Shown here: in pieces, positions 26,867 through 36,244 of the stretch | How the letters are laid out: each line of letters opens with the position of its first letter | How positions within the stretch are numbered: the stretch's first letter is position 1 | Origin: Candidatus Moraniibacteriota bacterium | GTDB lineage: Bacteria > Patescibacteriota > Minisyncoccia > Moranbacterales > DUUL01 | Length of the DNA: 64,000 bases | Assembly: GCA_041596615.1 (NCBI GenBank) | Contig: JBFHIG010000001.1 | Coordinates: 77,382-141,381 of the forward strand | Direction of reading: 5' to 3' | Position numbers and translations under genes: made by a program | Notes under the pieces: generated by a model | Told to the model about the DNA's origin: nothing | What the model saw: only the letters and a program-made list of their open reading frames with translations | Databases searched by the model: none

Positions 26867-28261
26867 ATGGAAAAAATAGACAAAAGCACAAATAAATCAA
26901 AACAGGTAACATCCCTTCATCGTGATCGTTTGCGTATGCCACCTCACAACAATGAGGCTGAAGAGTCTGTTCTGGGCTCTGTAATGTTGGACAAGGATGC
27001 GATTGTAAAGGTGGCTGATATTATCAGACCAAGCGATTTTTATAATGATAAAAATCAAATTATTTTTGAAGTAATTCAGGAGCTATATAATGAACAATCG
27101 CCACTTGATATTTTGAACATATCGTCACGACTTAAAGAGAAAAGTCTATTGAAAACTGTTGGTGGAAGGACTTATTTAACAGAGCTTATCAATGCAGTTC
27201 CTAGCGCCTCAAATGTTGTTTCATATGCGAAATTAGTTAGGAATAAATCATCATTAAGGCGTTTAATTTCAGCAGCTTCTGATGTTGTTGAGATGGGGTA
27301 TGAAGAATCACGCCCTATTGACGAAATCATGGATAACGCTCAACAAAAGCTTTTTGCAATTTCTAGCACCTCAGCAAAGCAGGAATTTACTTCAATGAAT
27401 TCTCTTTTGGAAAGTGCTTTTTTGAGAATCGATGATATGCATAAAAATAAGGATAAATTTAGAGGTGTGGAAACAGGAATGAGAGACATAGATAGTCTTT
27501 TATCTGGCTTGCAAAAATCGGATTTAATAATTTTAGCTGCACGACCAGCTATCGGAAAAACTTCTTTTGCTTTGCAAATTGCTCGTCACGCCGCAGTGGC
27601 CACAAAAGCTTCAGTAGGCGTTTTTTCTTTGGAGATGTCCTCTGATCAGTTGGTGGATAGGATGTTAAGTGCTGAGGCTAAAGTTAATTTGTGGGCTTTG
27701 CGAACAGGAAATCTTGATGAAGAGGATGATGATTTCCAAAAGATAGGAGAGGCAATGGGAATTTTATCTGAAGCCCCAATACATATAGATGATAGTGCTA
27801 CTGCTAATATTATGGAGATGAGAACAATGGCAAGGCGTTTGCAGGCGGAGCATGGGCTGGATCTGTTAATTATAGACTATTTGCAGCTTATGGAGGGTCG
27901 TGGAAAGTCAGAATCCCGTGTTAATGAAATTTCAGAAATCTCAAGAGGTTTAAAAAATCTTGCGAAAGAACTCAATGTTCCAATTGTGGCTCTTTCTCAG
28001 CTTTCTCGTGCTGTGGAGTCGAGAAGTCCACAAATTCCGAAACTTTCTGACTTGCGAGAATCTGGGTCAATTGAGCAGGATGCCGATATTGTGATGTTTT
28101 TATATCGTGAGGACAGAGAAAATCCTGATACAGAAAACAAAAACATTATTGAAGTTCACATTGCAAAGCATAGAAATGGTCCAACCGGGCAAGTTAGTTT
28201 GTATTTCAATGAAGAATCAACATCCTTTCATTCACTAGATAAACACCACTCCCAACAATAA
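26867..28261 (+). CDS. dnaB: Replicative DNA helicase DnaB
   Basis: AARPAIGKT, IDYLQLM, LSQLSR, DLRESGSIEQDAD, KHRNGPTG. Confidence 0.98.
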   Translation: MEKIDKSTNKSKQVTSLHRDRLRMPPHNNEAEESVLGSVMLDKDAIVKVADIIRPSDFYNDKNQIIFEVIQELYNEQSPLDILNISSRLKEKSLLKTVGGRTYLTELINAVPSASNVVSYAKLVRNKSSLRRLISAASDVVEMGYEESRPIDEIMDNAQQKLFAISSTSAKQEFTSMNSLLESAFLRIDDMHKNKDKFRGVETGMRDIDSLLSGLQKSDLIILAARPAIGKTSFALQIARHAAVATKASVGVFSLEMSSDQLVDRMLSAEAKVNLWALRTGNLDEEDDDFQKIGEAMGILSEAPIHIDDSATANIMEMRTMARRLQAEHGLDLLIIDYLQLMEGRGKSESRVNEISEISRGLKNLAKELNVPIVALSQLSRAVESRSPQIPKLSDLRESGSIEQDADIVMFLYREDRENPDTENKNIIEVHIAKHRNGPTGQVSLYFNEESTSFHSLDKHHSQQ

Positions 28262-28302
28262 AATTAAGTGTGTTGTAGTATATTAAAATTAAAATTAAAA
28301 AA

Positions 28303-28899
28303 GTGTTCCCAAAGACATTTCAAAAACTCATAGATCAATTTTCAGCACTTCCTTCCGTTGGACCAAAAATGGCTGAAAGATTGGTCTTATATCTTTTCAA
28401 GCAAAACACTGACGGTCTCAAACAATTTGCAAGAGACCTGCATGATTTTGCAACTAATGTGCATTATTGTTCAAGATGTTATAATATATCTGAGGAGGAG
28501 GGGGAGTGTTCAATTTGCAAAAGTAAGAAGAGAGATGAAACTACCGTTTGTGTTGTGGAAGAACCCTTGGATGTGATTGCTTTTGAAAAAACTCGCCGCT
28601 ACCTTGGTCTATATCATGTTCTTGGTGGAAATCTTAGCGTGATGAGTCCAACCGAAATCAAGAAGCTAAAGATTAATGAGTTGGCTGACAGGGTTAAAAA
28701 TGAAAAAATAAAAGAAGTTATAATCGCAACAAATCCAACAACTGACGGAGAAACTACCTCCTTGTATCTTGGTAGAATCTTGCGACCACTGAATGTTAAG
28801 GTAACCAGAATAGCAAGAGGACTTCCAACAGGCGGTGATATTGAATATGCTGATGAAATGACCCTACTGGGAGCCCTGGATGGCAGGAAAGAAATTTAA
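28303..28899 (+). CDS. recR: Recombination mediator RecR
   Basis: LPSVGPKMAER, C4 zinc finger, YHVLGG, GLPTGGDIEYAD. Confidence 0.97.
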   Translation: MFPKTFQKLIDQFSALPSVGPKMAERLVLYLFKQNTDGLKQFARDLHDFATNVHYCSRCYNISEEEGECSICKSKKRDETTVCVVEEPLDVIAFEKTRRYLGLYHVLGGNLSVMSPTEIKKLKINELADRVKNEKIKEVIIATNPTTDGETTSLYLGRILRPLNVKVTRIARGLPTGGDIEYADEMTLLGALDGRKEI

Positions 28900-28933
28900 T
28901 ATTAGGTTATATTAAGTTTTAAATATCAAAAAA

Positions 28934-29596
28934 ATGAGCAAAAAAATTCAAATGCTCTTGGTTGCTAGTTTGTTCTGTGTTTCTTTAACTGGCTGTGGTA
29001 AAAAAACAAATGATGAAGGCGTCAACCAAGATTTGCCTGGTGATTCAAAGGCGAATGAAACAAGAAATATAGCGGAAAATAATGGTGATGATTCCATGAT
29101 GCAAACAATGGAGAAAAGCGGACTCGCTGATTTGATAGGACGAGGCGCGAAAGTAAAGTGTGAATATCAAATGAAAGAAGGAGACGGAGAAGTGAACGTG
29201 ACAACGTACATCGATGGTGAGAAGTTCAGGGCAGAAACTAATACCGGGGAAATGGAAGCTTTTTCAGTTTTCGATGGTGACGCTTATTATTCTTGGGTAA
29301 AAGGAGAGACAAAACAAGGAACAAAAATGACAAGGAGTTGTTTGGAGGATATTAAAACAAATTCACCTGCGAACGAAACTGCTGAAGAAAAGAATCAGTT
29401 TAACAGCGTGGATGATATTGTAAGGCAAGAAAGTGAAATGAAAATGAGTTGTCAGGAAGTAGATTCAATTGATTTTGAAATTCCAACTGATGTAAATTTT
29501 ATTGACACCTGCAAAATGATGGAAGGTGTGCAGAATCAAACTCAGAACATGGAAGAAATTCAAAAACAAATGGAGCAGATGCAGAAAGGTTTATAG
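28934..29596 (+). CDS. Putative lipoprotein, hypothetical
   Basis: Signal peptide with lipobox-like SLTGC; beta-rich core with several Cys. Confidence 0.7.
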   Translation: MSKKIQMLLVASLFCVSLTGCGKKTNDEGVNQDLPGDSKANETRNIAENNGDDSMMQTMEKSGLADLIGRGAKVKCEYQMKEGDGEVNVTTYIDGEKFRAETNTGEMEAFSVFDGDAYYSWVKGETKQGTKMTRSCLEDIKTNSPANETAEEKNQFNSVDDIVRQESEMKMSCQEVDSIDFEIPTDVNFIDTCKMMEGVQNQTQNMEEIQKQMEQMQKGL

Positions 29597-29622
29597 TTTG
29601 GCTCATTAATACAGACAAAAAG

Positions 29623-29662
29623 AAAATCCCTTGCGCCGGTAGTTACGGTACAAGGGATTTTT
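29623..29662. terminator. Bidirectional terminator
   Basis: AAAATCCCTTGCGCCG...CGGTACAAGGGATTTT. Confidence 0.75.
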
Positions 29663-29686
29663 GTTTGCAGTTGTAGCTAGTTGGAA

Positions 29687-30325
29687 TTAGAAAAAGAAAG
29701 CCCACACGAAGATATATATTAGTAACAACAAAAACAAGCTTTTTATAAAAAACATTAGATCGCCTGCTTCTTTCTCGACTTTCCTTGTAAATCCTGAGAA
29801 AAAACAACCCAGGAAAATAAAAAGTGAGAAGAGCACTAAGCCTAGGGACATTAGCCCATGGAACTTTTCGGTGGTAGGAAATGCAAAAAGCATAAACAAC
29901 GAGGAAATTCCCAGCAAAACGCTTGCAAAGGCAGTCATTGTTAGTGATACGTATGAGGAAAAAATTTCATAAGGCATAGCTTTTCCCGTTATACGTTTGC
30001 GCTTTGTTGTGAAACTAAGCGTCAGGTAGGAAAATAATACGAGAACTATTGCAGGAAATAGCATAAGAGCATTTGGAGCAAAATTCTCAGAGGTTTCCCT
30101 GTAAGACACACCCTCTTTTCGAAATATTTTGCCATCCCGTAGAGTGCGGTTTGAATATTCCCATGTCGTTGTGATGTGAAAAAAATCCTTCTTTTTGGTG
30201 CTTATCACCCTGGGTTTTTCCAGAATTTCAACATCTGGACTTTCAAGCTCCTTAACCCCCTCTGCCGATATGGAAATAGAGAAGTTAAAGATCGTAAATA
30301 ATAAGATTATAAATATCTTTTTCAT
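29687..30325 (-). CDS. Hypothetical membrane protein (signal peptide + 4 TM)
   Basis: 212-aa ORF, GGGAG RBS. Confidence 0.65.
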   Translation of the reverse strand: MKKIFIILLFTIFNFSISISAEGVKELESPDVEILEKPRVISTKKKDFFHITTTWEYSNRTLRDGKIFRKEGVSYRETSENFAPNALMLFPAIVLVLFSYLTLSFTTKRKRITGKAMPYEIFSSYVSLTMTAFASVLLGISSLFMLFAFPTTEKFHGLMSLGLVLFSLFIFLGCFFSGFTRKVEKEAGDLMFFIKSLFLLLLIYIFVWAFFF

Positions 30326-30637
30326 ATGTGCATCTCCCTTTGCAAAATTTTAATGAACCATTTGGTTCTGTTTAAACTCCTTGATTGAGGTAGCTTCCCA
30401 AATAACGTTTTATTGTGGCATAAAAACCCGTCATTGTAAAGGAAGATATGCAATGAGTATAGACATCTGGCAATACATTACCTCTTACTTTTTCGAAAAT
30501 CTTCTTTAGTGAGTCAATATGAGACAGAGAATTTCTTGTGCCATTCCTTCATTAGTAAAGAGAGGCCAAGGGTTTTTGTTGTAGCTTGCGTTTTGAGCTC
30601 GGCCCAGGCCAAATATTAAAACGAGCCCCCAAAAAAA

Positions 30638-30743
30638 ACCCATGTCCCCCTGTCTCACTCTGACTTGCCAAGGCGGGCCTTCTCAAAGGAGGAAAAGACT
30701 TGGCAATTTGTGCTGGGGCAGGCAAACTCGGACTAGCGCAAAT
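30638..30743 (+). repeat. Family D repeat with a 29-bp insert, followed by a partly deleted family A hairpin carrying the end of the 24-bp insert
   Basis: CCCATGTCC[CCTGTCTCACTCTGACTTGCCAAGGCGGG]CCTTCTCAAAGGAGGAA; ATTTGTGCTGG-GGCAGG-CAAACTCGGACTAGCGCAAAT. Confidence 0.55.
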
Positions 30744-30767
30744 CGTTGTGTAATTTATTTTTTACAA

Positions 30768-30793
30768 AAAAGGTACCTTTAAAGGTACCTTTT
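30768..30793. repeat. 26-bp palindrome of two tandem AAAGGTACCTTT units
   Basis: Identical to 12126-12151. Confidence 0.9.
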
Positions 30794-30800
30794 AAGATAC

Positions 30801-31775
30801 CTAAATCTTAGCCAAAACTTTTTTAATCTCCTCCACACTTCCAACCGTGTAGAGTTGCGCGCGTAGTTTTTTCGCATCTGGGAATCCTTTGAAATACCAA
30901 CCTAAATGTTTCCGCATTTCAACAATGTTTTTTTCTCCTTTGTATTTCGCAATTAATTCACAATGTCTCAGTGCGATTTTTTTGATTTCTTCTAATGATG
31001 GGGCGGTGTATTTTCCTGTTTGGAAATATTCCTTGATTTGAGAAAAGAGCCAAGGATTTCCAAGACAACCGCGAGCAATCCCAAGTCCATCAGCGCCTGT
31101 TTTTTCAAAAACTTCCTTGGCAATCTCTGGAGTAAAAAGTCCACCGTTAGCGATTACCTCTTTTTGGGGATATTTTTCCTTGATTTTTTTAATTAATTCG
31201 AGGTCAATCCCACCCGAAAAACCTTCCTTGAAAGTTCTTCCGTGAACCATGATTGTTTTCCAACCCAAACCTCCAACTTCGTCGAGGAAATCAAATGCAT
31301 TAATTCCATCAATCCCAGCTCTGATTTTGATTGAAATGGGAAGGGAAGTGTTGTCTAGCACAGCCTTTATTATTTCTTTAGCATGTTTTGGGTCTCGCAT
31401 AAGAGCGCAACCGCTATCTTGTTTCATCACTTTTTTGACAGGGCAACCAAAATTGATATCAATTCCTTCTGGTCGACGTGGCGTTATGGATTCTCCAATT
31501 TCAGTTATTTCTGGTAATCTGTCAATGATTTTTGTCGCAGTCGCAAAATATTCTGGGTTATTTCCAAAAAGCTGGATAATAAGCGGAAAGTCTTGTCTGC
31601 AAGAGTTGACAAATTCAATATTTTTTTGTAATGTGAAGCTGACACCAGTTGAAGAAAGCATTTCGGAATATAGAGCGTCTGCTCCGAGTTCTTTACAAAT
31701 AATCCGAAATGGAAGATCACTGATTCCTGCCATTGGGGCAAGGAATAATTTAGGAAAGTTTTTTTTCATACTCAT
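30801..31775 (-). CDS. dusB: tRNA-dihydrouridine synthase (DusB-like); start 31775 or 31769
   Basis: LAPMAGISDLPFR, QLFG, IDINFGCP, VHGRT, IANG, RGCLGNPWLF, MRKHLGWY; the longer ORF-track extension is not Dus-like. Confidence 0.92.
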   Translation of the reverse strand: MSMKKNFPKLFLAPMAGISDLPFRIICKELGADALYSEMLSSTGVSFTLQKNIEFVNSCRQDFPLIIQLFGNNPEYFATATKIIDRLPEITEIGESITPRRPEGIDINFGCPVKKVMKQDSGCALMRDPKHAKEIIKAVLDNTSLPISIKIRAGIDGINAFDFLDEVGGLGWKTIMVHGRTFKEGFSGGIDLELIKKIKEKYPQKEVIANGGLFTPEIAKEVFEKTGADGLGIARGCLGNPWLFSQIKEYFQTGKYTAPSLEEIKKIALRHCELIAKYKGEKNIVEMRKHLGWYFKGFPDAKKLRAQLYTVGSVEEIKKVLAKI

Positions 31776-31788
31776 AGGAGAAAATATT

Positions 31789-32082
31789 ATGGGAAAATTA
31801 ATGAAAGAAGCCGCTGAGGTTACAAAAGATTGGCTAGTCGATATTAAAAGCGAAGCAGTTATAACGCTTGCGAATGGTTTTGCTATGTTGCTTCTTGATT
31901 CTGGAGAAGAAAACGTTCCTAAGGCTCTCAAATCTTTCTCTACAATGTTGAAGAAATTGAAAGCAGAAGGAACTATCGTTTCAGAAGATACGACAAAATT
32001 GGCAAAAGCAATGGAGATGGAGTTAAAAATGAATTGGATTCCAATCAAATCACATTATGAGCGTGAAGCTCTGATGATGTAA
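31789..32082 (+). CDS. Small helical hypothetical protein (97 aa)
   Basis: AGGAG RBS at 31776-31780, ATG at 31789, own terminator downstream, protein-like composition. Confidence 0.6.
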   Translation: MGKLMKEAAEVTKDWLVDIKSEAVITLANGFAMLLLDSGEENVPKALKSFSTMLKKLKAEGTIVSEDTTKLAKAMEMELKMNWIPIKSHYEREALMM

Positions 32083-32129
32083 AATGGAGTTCGGAATGAA
32101 AGCAACGCCACTAGAAGTGGCAAACAGAT

Positions 32130-32173
32130 AGGTGACCAGGAAATATTATTTTCTAGGTCACCTTTTGCTTTTT
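32130..32173 (+). terminator. Intrinsic terminator
   Basis: AGGTGACCAGGAAA...TTTCTAGGTCACCTTTTGCTTTTT. Confidence 0.65.
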
Positions 32174-33611
32174 ACTTACGGAATATCTCAAAGCCAGTTG
32201 GTGTATCTAAAATTTGAAACCCTTTTTCCTCTGCCAACCTTCTAAATTCGTCTGCGCTTTCGAAATCTTTTTCTTTGCGTGATTGCTCGCGCTTCTTTGC
32301 TAGTCCAATTATCTCACTTGGGATTTGTGCTGCATTTTTTTCTTTCAATTCTAGTCCTAAAATCTTATTTATTTTATTCCAAAAAGCAAGAATTTCAGTT
32401 GCATTTTTTAAAGAAAATTTATTCTCAGCAACATTTTTATTAACTTGTGTGATTAGTTCAAACAAGACTCCCAGCGCCATAGGAACATTCAAATCATCAT
32501 CCATTGCTTCAAAAAAACGAGATTCATATTTGCTCAAATCGAAAGAATCTTCAGTAATTGCAGTTTCACCTTTTTCTTCAATTTCTTTTATATTCTCAAC
32601 AAAACGAGAAATTTTCTCAAGATTTTTTCTAGCTTGCTCCATCCCGTCCCAAGTGAAATTCATCGCCGTGCGATAGTGTGAGCTAATAATCAACATTCTA
32701 AATTCCATTGGAGAAAATCCTTTAGCAGTGATTCCTTCTAGCGTGTAGAAATTCCCTTTAGATTTCGACATCTTCTTGGAATCCACAAGCAAAAAGCGAT
32801 TGTGAAACCAAAAGTTCGCAAATGTTTTTCCCGTGCATCCTTCAGATTGAGCAATTTCATTTTCGTGGTGTGGAAAGATGTGATCTTCGCCGCCAGTGTG
32901 AATGTCTAATGTTTCACCGAGATATTCCATCGACATCGCACTACATTCAATGTGCCAACCGGGATATCCCAGCGACCAAGGGCTTTCCCATTTTAAGATA
33001 TGTTCCTTGGGTGCTTTTAGCCAAAGTGCAAAATCATAGGGCTTTCTCTTGTCTGGATGCTCCTCAAGTCGTGCACCATTTTTAAGTTCCTCAATTTTTT
33101 TGCCAGACAGCTTTCCATAGCCTATGAATTTTTCAACATCATAAAAAACGTTACCATTGCTTTCATAGGCCAAACCTTTTTCTATGAGAGTTTTAATGAT
33201 TTCAATCATTTGAGAAACGTGTGCTGTTGCTCGAGGATAATAGCTCGCCTTTGAGATATTCAAGCTCTTGCTGTCTTTGAAAAACTGTTCTGTGTAGAAA
33301 TTTGCAATTTCCTCAGTTGTTTTGTTTTCACGAAGAGTAGCTTTGAGCATCTTGTCATCGCCAGAATCACCCTGGTTTAGATCATCTTCAGTCAGGTGTC
33401 CAACATCGGTGATATTGACAATGTGGCGAATTTCATAGCCGATTACCTCAAGATACCTTCGCAGGGTGTCAGCATGAATATAGGCACAAAGATTTCCAAT
33501 ATGCGCATAGTCATAGACAGTTGGCCCACAAGTGTAGATTTTAACTTTGCCTTTTTCAATTGATTTGAACTTTTCTTTTTCTCCCGAAAGGGTGTTGAAT
33601 AGTTTGAACAT
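32172..33611 (-). CDS. cysS: Cysteine--tRNA ligase
   Basis: [34 protein letters not shown]. Confidence 0.98.
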   Translation of the reverse strand: MFKLFNTLSGEKEKFKSIEKGKVKIYTCGPTVYDYAHIGNLCAYIHADTLRRYLEVIGYEIRHIVNITDVGHLTEDDLNQGDSGDDKMLKATLRENKTTEEIANFYTEQFFKDSKSLNISKASYYPRATAHVSQMIEIIKTLIEKGLAYESNGNVFYDVEKFIGYGKLSGKKIEELKNGARLEEHPDKRKPYDFALWLKAPKEHILKWESPWSLGYPGWHIECSAMSMEYLGETLDIHTGGEDHIFPHHENEIAQSEGCTGKTFANFWFHNRFLLVDSKKMSKSKGNFYTLEGITAKGFSPMEFRMLIISSHYRTAMNFTWDGMEQARKNLEKISRFVENIKEIEEKGETAITEDSFDLSKYESRFFEAMDDDLNVPMALGVLFELITQVNKNVAENKFSLKNATEILAFWNKINKILGLELKEKNAAQIPSEIIGLAKKREQSRKEKDFESADEFRRLAEEKGFQILDTPTGFEIFRK

Positions 33612-33629
33612 TTTTTTATAGTATAGTAA

Positions 33630-34532
33630 TTATTTGATGAATTGGCTTAGATATTTTTCTCCACGATCTGGGAATATGCAAACGATTTGAGCTTTTTTCT
33701 CCCCAGCAGGTTTGATTTTTTTGGCCATTTCCAAAGCCCCGTGGAGAGTCGCCGCAGAAGAGATTCCATAGAAGAGTCCTTCTTTAACACAAAGTTGCTC
33801 GTGTAGTTTGTATACAGCTGGTTCGTCTTGTATTCTTATGCTCCTATCAATAAAATCATAGTTGAGAATTTTGGGAACATAGGTGTCTAGATTTCGGGGA
33901 CCAGGGATTGTTGAGTTTTGTCCTATTTCAACTCCCACAACTTGAATTTCGCTGTTAAAATGTTTCATTCTTTTCCCGACCCCAGTAATTGTACCACCTG
34001 TACCAACTGTGGCCACTAGATGAGTGATGTCTGGAAGCTGTTCGACGATTTCTTTTCCGGTCGTATCAAAATGCACTTGCACACAAGCTTCATTTTCGTA
34101 TTGATTTGGCATGACCAGAGAAGAGTCTTGGGTTGCCATTTTCTTTGCTATTTCTATTGCTGTATCTCCTTTCCACTCTTCTTTTTTACAGAAAATGACC
34201 TCAGCCCCAAACATTTTTAGAATAGCTATACGTTCTGGTGTGGCATTTTCCGGAAGCATGATTTTGACAGGGCAGCCTCTTTTTGCCCCAATCATAGCAA
34301 GTCCAATCCCAGTGTTTCCAGATGAAGGTTCGAAGATTGTTTTTCCCTCGCCAAGTAATCCCTTTTTTTCCAGATCCAAAATCAGCGCTAGAGCAACACG
34401 GTCTTTAATGGACCCTCCAATATTTTCTCCCTCTAGTTTAGCATAGATGTCAAAGTTTTCACCACAGAAAGAACCCAATTTTATCAGGGGAGTGTTGCCA
34501 ATCAATTTTGTGATGTCTGTGGTTGTTTTCAT
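33630..34532 (-). CDS. cysM: PLP-dependent cysteine synthase (CysM/CysK family)
   Basis: IGNTPL, AKLEGENIGGSIKDR, SSGNTG, GTGGT, PDRGEKYLS; the IPGPRN loop is CysM-like. Confidence 0.85.
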   Translation of the reverse strand: MKTTTDITKLIGNTPLIKLGSFCGENFDIYAKLEGENIGGSIKDRVALALILDLEKKGLLGEGKTIFEPSSGNTGIGLAMIGAKRGCPVKIMLPENATPERIAILKMFGAEVIFCKKEEWKGDTAIEIAKKMATQDSSLVMPNQYENEACVQVHFDTTGKEIVEQLPDITHLVATVGTGGTITGVGKRMKHFNSEIQVVGVEIGQNSTIPGPRNLDTYVPKILNYDFIDRSIRIQDEPAVYKLHEQLCVKEGLFYGISSAATLHGALEMAKKIKPAGEKKAQIVCIFPDRGEKYLSQFIK

Positions 34533-34560
34533 TTTGCTAGATTGTTACTGGGTGGCTATA

Positions 34561-34795
34561 AAACAAAAAATCTCTCGTCCTTCATGAAAAATACTTTTCA
34601 TAAAAGGGCGAGAGATTTCGCGGTTCCACCTTTATTCATTTCTTTTGAAAAAAATCAAAAAGAAATCTTAATTTAGCTATTACGGGCTTTCCCGACAAGA
34701 TTTGGCCAAAATATTCTTTGGATTTTATCATCCTGCAATCTGCCTATCTACATAGACGAACAAGGCGCACGCTTCCTTGGTCAAGATTTTTAAAT
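34561..34795 (-). promoter_or_regulatory. T-box riboswitch (Cys) controlling cysM-cysS
   Basis: T-box AAAGGTGGAACCGCG (rc of 34619-34633), antiterminator AAAGG/CCUUU, long terminator with U-tract, GGGAAAGCCCGUAAUAGCU pseudoknot, candidate UGC specifier at 34737-34735. Confidence 0.88.
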
Positions 34796-34813
34796 GAAAT
34801 AAAGAACAAACTA

Positions 34814-34842
34814 AGTGTAGGATATTTTTTTGGTTGTGTCAA
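34814..34842 (-). promoter_or_regulatory. Sigma70 promoter of the T-box/cys operon
   Basis: TTGACA-17-TACACT on the minus strand. Confidence 0.7.
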
Positions 34843-34853
34843 AGCTCCACATC

Positions 34854-34882
34854 TTGACATAAAGTCAATAATATGCTATAAT
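34854..34882 (+). promoter_or_regulatory. Consensus sigma70 promoter for the DUF4870 gene
   Basis: TTGACA-17-TATAAT with TG extension. Confidence 0.75.
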
Positions 34883-34938
34883 TCACAATCAATGTTGGAA
34901 TAAAGGGACAGAAATCTATAAATCAACGGGAGGGGAAA

Positions 34939-35379
34939 ATGAAGGAAAAAACATTGGCAGTTCTTTGTCACATAGGTGCATTGATAGGAAGTACGTTCTT
35001 TCCAGGACTTGGTGGTGTTGTAGCAGTGCTCGTTATATGGGCTTTTGGAAAAGCCCCAGACAGAGAGCTACTCAATCAGCATGCAAAGGAGGCGATGAAT
35101 TTTTATATAAGCATAACGATTTACGCAATCATCATCTTTTTCATTGCCGTAGTAGTGTTTTTTGTCGGAGGAGTACTCTTAGTTGGAATTGATCCGATGA
35201 CAATGAAGGATCATTTTGAAACAATAATCGCCCCAGGAATAATTGGGGCATTAATAGCAGCAATGGCAGTCTCGATGTTGATAGGTCTTGCTATAGCAAT
35301 TTTTGTAATAGCTGCTATAGCAAACGCAATCGACGGAAAGGATTGTCACTATCCGTTAACAATCAGGCTGATAAAATAG
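34939..35379 (+). CDS. DUF4870 family membrane protein
   Basis: LAVLCH, HAKEAMNFYIS, G...YPLTIRLIK. Confidence 0.88.
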   Translation: MKEKTLAVLCHIGALIGSTFFPGLGGVVAVLVIWAFGKAPDRELLNQHAKEAMNFYISITIYAIIIFFIAVVVFFVGGVLLVGIDPMTMKDHFETIIAPGIIGALIAAMAVSMLIGLAIAIFVIAAIANAIDGKDCHYPLTIRLIK

Positions 35380-35397
35380 CCTGACAACAATTTACAT

Positions 35398-35434
35398 AAA
35401 AGCTCCTGCGGTTATAAACCACGGGAGCTTTTTT
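35398..35434. terminator. Bidirectional terminator overlapping the hydrolase stop
   Basis: AAAAGCTCCTGCGG...CCACGGGAGCTTTTTT. Confidence 0.7.
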
Positions 35435-36218
35435 CGTTTATATATTCAACGAGTTTCTTTCTAAAAACAGAAGAGTTCCAGATATCATTATGCCCACTTC
35501 CTTCAACTAAAAAATATTCTTTTTCTTTGGTTGGAGCTTTGTCATATAGTTTTTGCGAAAATTTGTTTGGAATGACAACATCATTGTCCCCATGAATGAT
35601 CAATAAATTCCCATTATAATTACTCAGCCAAGCTACATTGTCATATTTTTCTGTTAGAAGAATAGATGTGGGGTAGATAATATATTTTGTTTGTGCAACT
35701 TCGTCTAATCTTGAAAATGGTGTGACTAGAATTAAATTATTAACATCACCTAAGCTGGCATGATAACTTGCCGCACCAGAGCCTATGCTTTGACCATATA
35801 CGATTATATTTTTGTATGATTTGGTTTGGATATAGTTGTGAATGTTCTGGACATCTTTCAATATAAGATCCCTAGAAGGTTTGTTGTCGGCGTCATTTGA
35901 GTACCCAGCATATTCCACAAAAATTAACGATGCATCAGATTTCTCAAGTGTTGATTTTGTATAACTTCTATCGCAAGCTGAGCCTGCATTGCCATGATAA
36001 TAAACAATAATGGTATCACTGGAATTTTCTTTTAAATAAAACCTAGTGCCACCAAAATCTGTCGCCTGATAGTCTTTGAATCCATCACAGTTTTTGAAAC
36101 TCTGATCATTTGGATAATAAAGCATCGATTTCTGATTGAGCAAGAGGACTAACCCAAAGAAAAAATAAACAACAACTAATGCGATTGAAATTTTAAGTAT
36201 TACTGATTTGATCTTCAT
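35412..36218 (-). CDS. Membrane-anchored alpha/beta hydrolase (Bem46/ABHD13-like)
   Basis: YHGNAG, EYAGY, GQSIG, IIHGDND, GHND. Confidence 0.9.
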   Translation of the reverse strand: MKIKSVILKISIALVVVYFFFGLVLLLNQKSMLYYPNDQSFKNCDGFKDYQATDFGGTRFYLKENSSDTIIVYYHGNAGSACDRSYTKSTLEKSDASLIFVEYAGYSNDADNKPSRDLILKDVQNIHNYIQTKSYKNIIVYGQSIGSGAASYHASLGDVNNLILVTPFSRLDEVAQTKYIIYPTSILLTEKYDNVAWLSNYNGNLLIIHGDNDVVIPNKFSQKLYDKAPTKEKEYFLVEGSGHNDIWNSSVFRKKLVEYINEKSSRGL

Positions 36219-36244
36219 TTATTTACTATTTTTGTGCTTCTAAT

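Noticed and set aside
30372-30550. Start-less open frame on the minus strand (…LKKIFEKVRGNVLPDVY…)
   Set aside because: No start codon or recognisable motif; cannot be called a pseudogene
31776-32048. ORF-track N-terminal extension of dusB, and the 31249-31788 part of the + strand 277-aa ORF
   Set aside because: Mutual antisense shadows; Dus homology starts at MKKNFPKLFLAPMAG and the + gene has an RBS before 31789
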